Notes under the pieces: generated by a model
Seen by the model: the letters and a program-made list of their open reading frames with translations, nothing else
What the model was told of the DNA's origin: nothing
Database searches by the model: none
Program-made: the position numbers and the translations under genes
Assembly: GCA_041743425.1 (NCBI GenBank)
Contig: JBGTMS010000041.1
Location: 2,107-66,106, forward strand
DNA from: Zeaxanthinibacter sp.
GTDB lineage: Bacteria > Bacteroidota > Bacteroidia > Flavobacteriales > Flavobacteriaceae
Direction of reading: 5' to 3'
DNA length: 64,000 bases
Part shown: positions 18,777 to 28,441 of the stretch, one piece after another
Layout of the letters: each line of letters begins with the position of its first letter
Position numbering within the stretch: position 1 is the stretch's first letter

Positions 18777-19679
18777 ATGAAATGGGCACAGGGACTTCAG
18801 GATTACAAACACCATCTGCGCATAGAAAGGGGGTTGTCCTCCAATTCCATTCAGAACTACGGAATGGATGTGTCAAAACTCATTCGCTTTCTTGAACACA
18901 ACGCCATTAGGGAAACACCCCGCAATATCGACCGCGAGACCATACAGTTGTTCATCCATGAAATAGCAGGAAATTTAAATCCCAGATCCCAGGCAAGAAC
19001 CATCTCAGGGCTTAAAAGCTTTTTTAATTTTATGGTCTTTGAAGCCTACCGTCACGATAATCCCATGGACCTGGTAGTTTCTCCCAAAACCGGACTGAAA
19101 CTACCTGATACCCTATCTCTGGCTGAAATCAACTCCCTCATCTCGGCCATAGATCTCTCGCGGGCGGAGGGAGAGAGAAACAGGGCCATGCTGGAAACTT
19201 TATACGGTTGCGGGCTGAGGGTATCTGAATTGACAAATTTGAAAATTTCCGACCTTTTTTTTGAGGAAGAATTCATCAAAATAACGGGTAAGGGGAATAA
19301 ACAACGTTTGGTGCCTATAAGCAATATCAATGAAAAGTATATCCGGATCTACTTGGAGGAGGTGCGTGTACACCAGACTGTAAAGAAAGGATTTGAGGAC
19401 ATTCTGTTTCTCAACCGCAGGGGGCGGCAGCTGACCCGGGCAATGATTTTTACCATAGTAAAGGAATTGGCAGATAAAACCGGACTGCAGAAAACAATCA
19501 GCCCTCATACTTTCCGACATTCCTTTGCCACCCATCTTCTTGAAAACGGTGCCGATCTTAGAGCGATCCAGCAGATGCTGGGTCACGAAAGTATTACAAC
19601 CACAGAAGTCTATATGCACGTAGACCGGTCGCACCTGGCAGAGGTAGTGAACAGATACCACCCCCGAAGCAGGTCATAA
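18777..19679 (+). CDS. xerD: Site-specific tyrosine recombinase XerD
   Basis: 300 aa. N-terminal SAM-like core-binding domain, and a C-terminal catalytic domain with R...HxxR...Y contexts (YGCGLRVSEL, HTFRHSFATHLL, LGHESITTTEVYMHV). Confidence 0.9.
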   Translation: MKWAQGLQDYKHHLRIERGLSSNSIQNYGMDVSKLIRFLEHNAIRETPRNIDRETIQLFIHEIAGNLNPRSQARTISGLKSFFNFMVFEAYRHDNPMDLVVSPKTGLKLPDTLSLAEINSLISAIDLSRAEGERNRAMLETLYGCGLRVSELTNLKISDLFFEEEFIKITGKGNKQRLVPISNINEKYIRIYLEEVRVHQTVKKGFEDILFLNRRGRQLTRAMIFTIVKELADKTGLQKTISPHTFRHSFATHLLENGADLRAIQQMLGHESITTTEVYMHVDRSHLAEVVNRYHPRSRS

Positions 19680-19749
19680 CCGCCTTTTTCAATTATTATG
19701 GGGCGGCTGAAAATTTTAATGACGTCCTACGAATCACATCCATAAGAGA

Positions 19750-21441
19750 ATGATAAAGAACAGGAAATGGTGGAAGGAAGGGATCGTTTATCAGATCTAT
19801 CCCAGAAGTTTTCAGGACTCCAATGGAGATGGTATAGGAGATCTCGCAGGTATCACAAGTCGACTCGACTATATTAAAAGTCTGGGGGTGGATATCATTT
19901 GGCTGAATCCCATTTATTCCTCCCCAAATGATGACAACGGCTATGATATCAGTGATTATCGAAACATCATGGAGGAGTTCGGGACCATGGCAGATTTTAA
20001 TGAATTGATCACCCAGGCAAAGGCCCGGAAATTACGCTTGATTATGGATCTTGTCGTGAACCACAGTAGCGATGAGCACCCGTGGTTTATCGCTTCCAGG
20101 TCATCAAGAGATAATCCTTTCCGGGAATTCTATCATTGGTGGGGAGCAGAAAGAGGAACTCCTCCAAAACGGTTCAGCTATTTTGACCCGGATGGGAATG
20201 CCTGGAAATATGACGCTACAACGGACGCCTATTTTCTTCATTATTTTTCAGAAAAGCAACCGGACCTCAATTGGGAGCATGAAGAATTGCGGAATGAAAT
20301 ATACAAGATGATGGCCTTCTGGTTTGAAAAGGGGGTTGATGGATTTCGAATGGATGTGATTTCATTTATTTCCAAAGACCCGGCCTATCCCGAACTACCG
20401 GATAAATATGGCGGCAATTTTCTTCCATTTTATGCCAGTGGCCCCAAACTGCATGACTATCTGCAGGAAATGAATAACAGCGTGCTCTCCCACTATGACA
20501 TCTTATCTGTAGGTGAGGCACCCGGTGTTACATTAGAAAAGGCGCTTGAGTTTGTGGACGAGGATCGAAATGAACTCAATATGTTTTTTCATTTTGATCT
20601 GATGGCCTTGGACAGAGAGCAGAATGATCTCTTGATCCTTCCCAGGGATGATTGGAAACTCACCGATTTTAAAGGGATATTTACCAGATGGGACAAGATT
20701 TTTTCTAAAAAAGGATGGGGCAGTCTCTACCTGGATAACCATGATTTTCCCCGCGCTGTCAGCCGATGGGCTAATGATTCCGAAAAACACTGGCGACATT
20801 CGGCTACTATGTTGCAGACATTGTTGCTCACTATGCGTGGCACCCCTTACGTTTACTACGGGGGTGAAATCGGCATGACAAATGCCTATTTTAAAACCAG
20901 TGAAGATTACCGGGATATTAACACCTTAAAAAACCTGCGGGCAGTGAAGGATGCTGGGGGCGATGTATCGGCGCGACTTCTGGTGGAAATGCAAACTTCC
21001 CGGGACAATGCACGTACCCCCATGCAATGGGATATCACAGGGAATGCAGGATTTACCGATGGACAACCCTGGATCTCAGTAAACCCTAATTTCAGAAGTG
21101 GGGTGAATGTTGCACAGCAGGAAACACAACCCTATTCAGTTTTGAATTATTTCAGACGATTGGTCGAATTACGAAGAACCCAACCTGTGCTGGTATATGG
21201 GAATTACAGGCTCCTCCTTTCTGCAAATGAAGAAGTCTATACCTATCTGAGAAGCTACGGAAAGAAGAGGATACTGGTACTTCTGAGTTTTTCGGACCGT
21301 TTTGCGTCAGTGAGGATCCCCTGCCGCTTTAAAGAAGCAAGATTGCTAATTTCGAACAATATCAATCGTCCCATCCGCCGAAAGAGTGACCGCCTTTTTA
21401 GATTGGGTCCATACCACGCCTATGTTTATGAATTATACTAA
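19750..21441 (+). CDS. GH13 alpha-glucosidase (oligo-1,6-glucosidase / trehalose-6-phosphate hydrolase-like subfamily)
   Basis: WWKEGIVYQIYPRSFQDSNGDGIGDLAGI, SPNDDNGYDISDY, DLVVNHSSDEHPWF, GFRMDVI and GEAPG motifs. The N-terminus matches the alpha-glucosidase type rather than the TreS type. Confidence 0.9.
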   Translation: MIKNRKWWKEGIVYQIYPRSFQDSNGDGIGDLAGITSRLDYIKSLGVDIIWLNPIYSSPNDDNGYDISDYRNIMEEFGTMADFNELITQAKARKLRLIMDLVVNHSSDEHPWFIASRSSRDNPFREFYHWWGAERGTPPKRFSYFDPDGNAWKYDATTDAYFLHYFSEKQPDLNWEHEELRNEIYKMMAFWFEKGVDGFRMDVISFISKDPAYPELPDKYGGNFLPFYASGPKLHDYLQEMNNSVLSHYDILSVGEAPGVTLEKALEFVDEDRNELNMFFHFDLMALDREQNDLLILPRDDWKLTDFKGIFTRWDKIFSKKGWGSLYLDNHDFPRAVSRWANDSEKHWRHSATMLQTLLLTMRGTPYVYYGGEIGMTNAYFKTSEDYRDINTLKNLRAVKDAGGDVSARLLVEMQTSRDNARTPMQWDITGNAGFTDGQPWISVNPNFRSGVNVAQQETQPYSVLNYFRRLVELRRTQPVLVYGNYRLLLSANEEVYTYLRSYGKKRILVLLSFSDRFASVRIPCRFKEARLLISNNINRPIRRKSDRLFRLGPYHAYVYELY

Positions 21442-21549
21442 AGAGTTTTTAAGGTCATCTTTAAAATATGCATTTAAAGACTGTAATTCCTGGATTGTAT
21501 CCCCAGTTTCCATTGTTTATATTTACCACGAAAATAAAATTAGATTATT

Positions 21550-22974
21550 ATGACAAGAATGCTCCCTGTCCTCTTTTCTATTTTTTTAATTGTGACCGTA
21601 TCTGCCCAAAAAAAAATGGAGGATATTCTCGTAAAAATGGATGGACAAGCCACCGCGTATGGAACCATTGCCCAGGAAATATGGGGTTATGCTGAGATGG
21701 GATACCTTGAGGAAAAAAGTGCCGCCTTACTGCAAAAAACACTTAGTGAGCAAGGCTTTTCCATCAAGAAAGGGGTAGCGGGAATCCCCACCGCATTTAT
21801 TGCAGAGTTTGGAAGCGGGTCTCCCGTTCTTGCCATATTGGGCGAATATGACGCCTTGCCCGGACTATCACAACAGGCGGTTCCGGAGAAAAGCGATGCG
21901 GGAAAAGCAGCAGGTCACGCCTGCGGTCATCACCTCTTCGGGACCGCCTCTGCTGCAGCTGCCATTGCAGTGAAGGACTGGATGCAAGCCAATAATGCAA
22001 AAGGGACCATCCGATTTTACGGTTGTCCTGCGGAAGAAGGTGGTTCCGGCAAGGTTTACCTGGTTCGTGAAGGTCTTTTCAGTGATGTGGATGTAGCATT
22101 GCACTGGCATCCCGGTGCCGAAAATGAAGCCAGTGAAGGGGCTGCCCTTGCCAACAAATCAGCTAAATTCCGGTTTTACGGTGTTTCAGCTCATGCTGCG
22201 GGTTCCCCGGAAAAGGGTCGATCCGCCCTGGACGGTGTTGAGTCGATGAACGTTATGGTAAATATGATGAGGGAACATATCCCTCAGGAAGCGAGGATAC
22301 ATTATGTGATTACGGACGGAGGCAAGGCACCCAATGTCGTTCCGGATTTTGCCTAAGTCTATTATTATGCCAGGCATGGGAAGAGGGATGAGGTGATTGA
22401 TATCTTTGATCGGATCGTTAAAGCTGCAGAAGGTGCGGCGCTTGGTACAGGGACAACCATGAAGTATGAGATGATCGGCGGAACCCATGAATTATTGCCG
22501 AATACAGTATTGCAACAATTGATGTTTCAGAACCTGAGTAAGGTGGGGGGTATCACCTATACCGCGGAGGAAAAAATGTTTGCCGATAAAATTGCGAAAA
22601 GCCTTGGCGATAGCCAGGCCAATACCGATGTTGCTAAAAATATCCAGCCTTACATGGCCGATGTGCAGGCCAGTGGTTCTACGGATGTCGGAGATGTGAG
22701 TTTCGCGGTGCCGACCGTAGGAATGAGCAGTGCGACCTGGGTTCCGGGCACCCCTGCTCACAGCTGGCAGGCCGTTGCTGTGGGAGGTACTTCCATAGGT
22801 AATAAGGGGATGATGGTCGCTGCCAAATCGATCACCATGACGGCCATAGACCTCTTGAAGGATCCGGATATCATTGAGCAGGCCAAAGCAGAATTTGAAA
22901 AAAGGCGTGGTAGCGATTTTCAATATATTCCGCTCCTCGGAGAAAGAGCCCCGGCACTTGATTACAGGAATTGA
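21550..22974 (+). pseudogene. M20D-family amidohydrolase (AbgB/aminobenzoyl-glutamate hydrolase-like, with signal peptide) interrupted by one in-frame TAA
   Basis: Track ORFs 21550-22356 and 22393-22974 are in the same frame. The only interruption is TAA at 22354-22356. Reading through gives ...GGKAPNVVPDFA*VYYYARHGKRDEVIDIFDRIV..., a contiguous M20 sequence of about 474 codons. Confidence 0.75.
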
Positions 22975-23074
22975 CCCTGGAAAATTTTATCGCAACACTC
23001 CATCCTTTCCGGCAATACCTGTAACAAAATGCACGGAATGACTACTAATACATGAAAAGCTACTTGCTGCAGAA

Positions 23075-23569
23075 GTGAACAAAGAATTGGAGCACAAATT
23101 TGTGACCGAACTCGAGAGCAACCAGAATATTGTTCACAAAGTATGCACCTTATATACTAACAACAGGCAGGACCATAAAGATCTTTTCCAGGAAATAACA
23201 ATTCAGCTTTGGAAGGCCTATCCGAGATTCAGGGGAGAATCCAAATTCAGCACCTGGATGTACAGGGTAGCATTGAATACGGCCATCACAATCTACAGAA
23301 AATCGAAAAAGAAGGTACAAACGCAGGATTATGATTCCGTCATTTATAAAATTCAGGCAGATCACTATGATGAAACTGAGGAACGGCAACTAAAGCTGCT
23401 CTACGAGGCGGTGAGGGGGCTGGGGGATATTGACAAGGCCTTGGTCTTTCTCTATCTGGAAGACAAAGATTATAATGAGATTGCCGAGACCCTGGGAATA
23501 ACAGAAGTAAATGCACGTGTAAAAATGAATCGTATCAAGAACAAACTCAGAACCATCCTTAATCCGTAA
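23075..23569 (+). CDS. ECF-type RNA polymerase sigma-70 factor
   Basis: Region 2 (DLFQEITIQLWKAYPRF, WMYRVALN) and region 4 HTH (YNEIAETLGITEVNARVKMNRIKNKL). There is no in-frame ATG before region 2, so a GTG start at 23075 is inferred. Confidence 0.85.
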   Translation: MNKELEHKFVTELESNQNIVHKVCTLYTNNRQDHKDLFQEITIQLWKAYPRFRGESKFSTWMYRVALNTAITIYRKSKKKVQTQDYDSVIYKIQADHYDETEERQLKLLYEAVRGLGDIDKALVFLYLEDKDYNEIAETLGITEVNARVKMNRIKNKLRTILNP

Positions 23570-23572
23570 GGT

Positions 23573-24217
23573 ATGACAGATGAATTGGAATTGCTTAAGA
23601 GAGACTGGAAGAAAAAGGAAGGAAACATCCCTAAACTGTCATATCAGGAAATATATACCATGATATGGAAAAGGTCTTCTACTATTGTAAAGTGGATTTT
23701 TTATATCAGCATCCTTGAATTTATTTTCTGGGCTGCGATTAACCTGATATCCTATAACAGGGAAAGTTCTCATTTAGAAGAAACGCTTGGAATATCTGAG
23801 GTGACCACCGTACTCACCATTGTAAATTACGGAGTCCTAATTTTTTTTATATACCTTTTTTACCGGAACTACCGGCGTATTTCCTATACAGAATCTTCTG
23901 CAAAACTGATGAAAACCATTTTGGATGTGAAAAGGACGGTGACTCAGTATGTATGGTTCAATATAGCCATTTTCACCATCTCCTTCCTCCTGCTCCTGTT
24001 CGCTTTTCTTAAAAACGGTGAGGAAGGCAGGAAAATCCTGGAGGCTGCTTCCGAGGCAGGGAACGAAACTTTGTTCTGGATATTATTTTCCGGAATCTGC
24101 CTTGTGGTGATCTCTGCGGTTCTTGGCCTCATTTGGTTATTTTATAAGGTGATCTACGGGATTTTTCTCCGAAGGCTCCGAAATAATTATAATGAGTTGA
24201 GACAGTTGGAGCTATAA
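23573..24217 (+). CDS. Multi-pass membrane protein coupled to the ECF sigma gene (candidate anti-sigma or partner)
   Basis: It starts 3 nt after the sigma gene stop. It has a cytoplasmic N-terminal about 35 aa followed by about 4 predicted TM helices. I see no zinc-finger anti-sigma motif. Confidence 0.6.
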   Translation: MTDELELLKRDWKKKEGNIPKLSYQEIYTMIWKRSSTIVKWIFYISILEFIFWAAINLISYNRESSHLEETLGISEVTTVLTIVNYGVLIFFIYLFYRNYRRISYTESSAKLMKTILDVKRTVTQYVWFNIAIFTISFLLLLFAFLKNGEEGRKILEAASEAGNETLFWILFSGICLVVISAVLGLIWLFYKVIYGIFLRRLRNNYNELRQLEL

Positions 24218-24240
24218 TCCATACTGGAATCCATTTGAAT

Positions 24241-25062
24241 TCAGGATAATTTTTCCTGCTTATTCCGCCATTTCCGGAGTTTATTCTCCTCTTCCAATGC
24301 CAGAAGTTCTTCCCTGGGAATGACTTTAAGGAAAGATGGATGCTGTTCAATAGCATATTCAAGTTTTTCAATAATAGAATCCACAGATTCATTCTCATAA
24401 TCTATCTGAAGGGGTTCCTTGATAATCATGTGCTGTAAAATGCCTTTCTTTTTTACACGCAAACCCTTCTTGTCAAAAGAGCGCCGAAAGCCATCGATTA
24501 CCACAGGTACCACCACCGGTCGATACTTACGGATGATATGGGCAGTACCCTTACGCAAGGGTTTCCATGGAGTGGTAGTTCCCTGAGGGAAGGTAATTAC
24601 CCATCCGTCCCTCAGGGCAGTCCCTATATTTGAAATATCGCTCATTTTCACCTGTCTGTTGACATCCTTCCCTTCGGCACGCCAGGTACGTTCAATACTG
24701 ATAGATCCGACATAGGCGAGAATCTTGGTCAAGATACTTTTCTTCATCGTCTCTGCCGCAGCTATATAATACACGTTCAATTTGGGCTGCCACAGGTAAC
24801 CAATATTTTTAATATTGTTGTCACGTCCTTTAAGGCTGGCATTAAATACATGGAACATGGCCACCACATCGGCAAAGTAAGTCTGGTGGTTGCTTACAAA
24901 CAGTACATTGTTTGGCGGTAACTCACGGATCACCTGCGATCCTTCTATTTCCAGCGTATTGAATCCCTTGTAGCGTTGATGCGTAATGATTCCCAAAATG
25001 CGGATCAGCCATTTTTTTAAGAACAGAATATGTCCGAAGGGATTTTCCTTGAATAAAGCCAT
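24241..25062 (-). CDS. 1-acyl-sn-glycerol-3-phosphate acyltransferase family protein
   Basis: HX4D block (SNHQTYFADV) and FPQGTT block typical of PlsC-type lysophospholipid acyltransferases. Confidence 0.85.
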   Translation of the reverse strand: MALFKENPFGHILFLKKWLIRILGIITHQRYKGFNTLEIEGSQVIRELPPNNVLFVSNHQTYFADVVAMFHVFNASLKGRDNNIKNIGYLWQPKLNVYYIAAAETMKKSILTKILAYVGSISIERTWRAEGKDVNRQVKMSDISNIGTALRDGWVITFPQGTTTPWKPLRKGTAHIIRKYRPVVVPVVIDGFRRSFDKKGLRVKKKGILQHMIIKEPLQIDYENESVDSIIEKLEYAIEQHPSFLKVIPREELLALEEENKLRKWRNKQEKLS

Positions 25063-25087
25063 AGATTACAAATCTACGAAATATGCC

Positions 25088-25726
25088 TTATAACACCTGT
25101 TTAAACAAATCCCGAATCTCGTTAAGCACCATCCCCGTAGCTCCCCAGACATAATGACCCCCCAAATAAAACGCAGGTACTTCAATATTCCTGGCGTAGG
25201 AAGTCGTCAATTCCCGCGATACGAGATTGGCTTCATCCATCACCTCTTCGAAAGAAGTTTCAAGAAGCGACTCAATTTCGGTTTCCTGAATGACAAAGGG
25301 TGGGGCTTTAAAAGTTAGTCCGATAAATGGCTGGACTTCATAGTTACTCGGAGGGATATAGAGACTGCTCATAGACCTGACAACTTCTATGCGGTCCGGC
25401 ACAATGCCAACTTCTTCATGGGTTTCACGCAGGGCGGTGGCAAGTATATCCCTATCCGAAAGTTCGGCGCCGCCCCCGGGAAATCCGATTTGCCCTGAAT
25501 GAACCCCGTCATAGGTCTTCCGTTGTATGAGTAAAAGACAGGCTTCTCCTTTCCTTGGATAGAAAAGGGCCATGACACCCGCTTTTTTGGGAATTAGACC
25601 ACTGCCTATCCCGGTCTTCAGTTCCCTGATACGTAATTCCGGAGCCATTTTATAGTGTGAAGCAGTGCCAGGTAGTGGCAGATTTTTTATTTTTACTGCC
25701 AGTTCAGAAAAACGTTCAAAGTCCAT
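25088..25726 (-). CDS. NUDIX hydrolase, CoA pyrophosphatase-like
   Basis: Nudix box GFPGGGAELSDRDILATALRETHEEVGI. I chose the start at MDFERF (ATG 25726-25724) rather than the longer track ORF, whose extra 62 aa are antisense to the neighbouring gene. Confidence 0.85.
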   Translation of the reverse strand: MDFERFSELAVKIKNLPLPGTASHYKMAPELRIRELKTGIGSGLIPKKAGVMALFYPRKGEACLLLIQRKTYDGVHSGQIGFPGGGAELSDRDILATALRETHEEVGIVPDRIEVVRSMSSLYIPPSNYEVQPFIGLTFKAPPFVIQETEIESLLETSFEEVMDEANLVSRELTTSYARNIEVPAFYLGGHYVWGATGMVLNEIRDLFKQVL

Positions 25727-26438
25727 GTTGCAATATCGTGTCGCCCGTAGTACAATGATACTATTATTTTTTCTAGCTGCCTGCAAAGGAAAGCCCGATC
25801 CAAAAGCATCCCAGAGACCAACGGAGGTGGCATTTCCGGTATCGGATTCTTTAGATTCAACTGCATTGGCGTCAAAGGAAAAGAAATTTGAACTAACCGA
25901 AGAGAATGCCATAGATTTTTTCTTTGACTATCAGAAGGAGTTAAAGGACAATAAGGTGAGAATGACCACAAACCTGGGCAGCTTTACCGTTCAACTCTAT
26001 GACAATGTTCCCTATCACAAGGCCAATTTCGTATATCTTGCACGCAAGGGCTATTTTGACAATACAATGTTTCATCGTGTAGTTAAGGATTTTATTATTC
26101 AGGGCGGGAATTCCGACAACAAGGAAACATCGGACAAACGCGGGGTTATCGGCCGCTATCTCCTGCCACCGGACACCCGTAAAGGACACAGGCATGACCG
26201 TGGTACCCTGTCCATGCCCAGCAGTGAAATTGATAATCCTCATATGCTGGCCTCTCCTTTTGAGTTTTTTATAGTGGTTACTGATCCCGGAGCCTACCAC
26301 CTTGATGGGGATTATACCCCTTTCGGAAAAGTCATAGAGGGTATGGAAGTGGTGGATAAAATCAATTCGCAACCCGTAGATGAAGGGGATTGGCCCTCCG
26401 AAAATATTTACATCCAGAAGGCAGAAGTCCTTCATTAA
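25725..26438 (+). CDS. Cyclophilin-type peptidyl-prolyl cis-trans isomerase, lipoprotein
   Basis: FHRVVKDFIIQGG and LSMPSS motifs, with a lipoprotein signal (MILLFFLAACKG). The start is either ATG 25725 or ATG 25755, and the later one gives a cleaner signal peptide. Confidence 0.85.
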   Translation: MLQYRVARSTMILLFFLAACKGKPDPKASQRPTEVAFPVSDSLDSTALASKEKKFELTEENAIDFFFDYQKELKDNKVRMTTNLGSFTVQLYDNVPYHKANFVYLARKGYFDNTMFHRVVKDFIIQGGNSDNKETSDKRGVIGRYLLPPDTRKGHRHDRGTLSMPSSEIDNPHMLASPFEFFIVVTDPGAYHLDGDYTPFGKVIEGMEVVDKINSQPVDEGDWPSENIYIQKAEVLH

Positions 26439-26513
26439 GATTAGATTTTCACATCCCGAGACTTCAAGGATCGGGAAGTCGATAAATACAATTTAACCCG
26501 TCAGACAGCAAGA

Positions 26514-26909
26514 ATGAAAATAGCCATAAAACTGATTTTGTTGATTGATGACGATGCAGCTGCCAACTTCCTGCACAGGTCCATTTTGTCCAAGGTATGT
26601 CCTGCAGCAACGGTGGTGACTTCAGAAAATGGAGCCACGGCCCTAGAATATCTTGAAGCGCTGAAGCGCGGGGAAGACGCGTTGCCTGAACTCATATTAT
26701 TGGATATCAACATGCCGGTTATGAACGGCTGGGCATTTTTGGAAAACTATGGGCGTCAGGAAGTGAGTTCATCCGGCACCGAATTGTATCTGATGCTCAC
26801 CACACCCCTCACAGAAACGGATCAGGCCCGGGCTTCCTCCTATAAGGTGATAACAGGATTTATAAAAAAACCGCTGTCGATAGCAACGGCGGTTGAAAAA
26901 TTTTCATAG
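26514..26909 (+). CDS. Stand-alone response-regulator receiver domain protein
   Basis: 131 aa CheY-like: acidic pair LLIDDD, phospho-acceptor context ILLDINMP, MLTT and KKPL. There is no output domain and no adjacent histidine kinase. Confidence 0.85.
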   Translation: MKIAIKLILLIDDDAAANFLHRSILSKVCPAATVVTSENGATALEYLEALKRGEDALPELILLDINMPVMNGWAFLENYGRQEVSSSGTELYLMLTTPLTETDQARASSYKVITGFIKKPLSIATAVEKFS

Positions 26910-27083
26910 GTAGCGGGCTGCCGGAAAAATGTCAGGGTGCCGACCAGACTGCCGGCCTCACCTCCTAACATTTGTAAACTCTGGTAATGACTGTTTATAT
27001 AGAGGTCATATAAAATAAAAATCGAGAGCGTCCCTGTATTTGATTCACTTGAAAATTGAGTATCTTCCTTAATAAATACCGGT

Positions 27084-28370
27084 ATGACCCTGCATCCCCT
27101 GTTTTTTCTCACAACACTCCTGCCCTTTCTGGTTGTTTCCCAACCTGAGGTGAACCAGGAAAGGCTGCAGAGCACTATAACAGAACTGTCTACCTTCGGA
27201 AAGGATGCTTCAGGAAATCCCAACCGGGTGGCCTTCAGTGATGGAGATATTGAGGCAAGAAATTATGTTATAAAACTGATGGAAGAAGCAGGACTTGAGG
27301 TCGGTATTGATTTTGCAGGCAATATCCGCGGCAGGAGGGCAGGCAAATCCGCTTCCAAAAAACCGATCACCTTTGGCTCCCATATAGATATGGTCCCGCA
27401 GGGAGGCAATTATGACGGCTGTGTTGGATCTATGGGAGCCATTGAAGTCGTTATGACGCTTCAGGAAAAAAAGTTGATCACAGAACACCCGCTTGAAGTA
27501 CTTATTTTTTCCAATGAAGAAGGGGGTTTGCTAGGCAGTAGAGCTGTTTCCGGGGTACTCGGCAAGGAGGCCCTACAAGTTGTCAACAGTACAGGGTTCA
27601 CGATGGAAGAAGGCCTGAAGCGTATTGGAGGAAATCCGGATAAAATCGGAGAGGTAGCTTTGAACTCCGGAAATATTGCTGCCTTTCTTGAACTTCATAT
27701 CGAACAGGGTGGTATTCTGGAAAAGGAAACGGTCGCCATTGGGATCGTCGAAGGGATTGTCGGCATCAAGTGGTGGGACGTGGAAATCACCGGCTTTGCA
27801 AACCATGCAGGAACAACCCCTATGGATGCCAGGCAGGATGCTTTGCTGGCGGCGGCAAAATTCATCGTTGCCGTGAATGAAGTAATTACAGGAGTTGAAG
27901 GCAAGCAGGTGGGTACCGTAGGCCGGATCAATGCATCACCAGGGGCGCCAAATGTCATTCCGGGTACCGTGAAGTTAAGTCTTGAAATCAGGGACCTGTC
28001 TTCGGAGAAAATAGAAATGCTATATGCCGCTATACAAATAGCGGCTGAGAAGATTGCTTTGACTTCGAATACTCAGATTCATTTTACCCCTGTCGATGCG
28101 AATTCAAAACCTGCCCTCACGGATCCGGGCATTCAGGCCAGCATTGCAGAAGCTGCAACAAATCTTGGTCTGTCATTTAAAAAAATGCAAAGCGGGGCAG
28201 GGCATGACGCGCAGGATATGGCCCTTATCACCCCCTCCGGAATGATCTTTGTTCCGAGTAAAGGCGGCATCAGCCATTCCCCTAAAGAATATACCAGCCC
28301 GGAGGATATGGCCAATGGTGCGAATGTGCTGTTACAGACCATTCTGATTCTGGATAAAACATTGAAATAA
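27084..28370 (+). CDS. M20-family amidase (allantoate amidohydrolase / N-carbamoyl-L-amino-acid hydrolase type) with N-terminal signal peptide
   Basis: FGSHIDMVPQGGNYDGCVGSMGAIEV, SNEEGG and HAGTTPM motifs. The hydrophobic N-terminus is MTLHPLFFLTTLLPFLVVSQ. Confidence 0.85.
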   Translation: MTLHPLFFLTTLLPFLVVSQPEVNQERLQSTITELSTFGKDASGNPNRVAFSDGDIEARNYVIKLMEEAGLEVGIDFAGNIRGRRAGKSASKKPITFGSHIDMVPQGGNYDGCVGSMGAIEVVMTLQEKKLITEHPLEVLIFSNEEGGLLGSRAVSGVLGKEALQVVNSTGFTMEEGLKRIGGNPDKIGEVALNSGNIAAFLELHIEQGGILEKETVAIGIVEGIVGIKWWDVEITGFANHAGTTPMDARQDALLAAAKFIVAVNEVITGVEGKQVGTVGRINASPGAPNVIPGTVKLSLEIRDLSSEKIEMLYAAIQIAAEKIALTSNTQIHFTPVDANSKPALTDPGIQASIAEAATNLGLSFKKMQSGAGHDAQDMALITPSGMIFVPSKGGISHSPKEYTSPEDMANGANVLLQTILILDKTLK

Positions 28371-28441
28371 AATTAGAAACTTATATCCTGAGTTACGTCC
28401 GGGACAAAAGAATATTAGAATTAGATAAATACTCACGTCGT

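Noticed and set aside
18777-19679. The tyrosine recombinase as a marker of an integrated mobile element.
   Set aside because: Its sequence and length fit the housekeeping chromosome-dimer resolvase XerD. I see no flanking direct repeats, tRNA target, excisionase or cargo typical of an integrative element.
19750-21441. The GH13 protein as the missing trehalose synthase (TreS) for the GlgE pathway.
   Set aside because: The N-terminal and catalytic motifs (WWKEGIVYQIYPRSF, SPNDDNGYDISDY, VVNHSSDEHPWF) match the oligo-1,6-glucosidase / alpha-glucosidase subfamily rather than TreS. It is also 14 kb from the operon.
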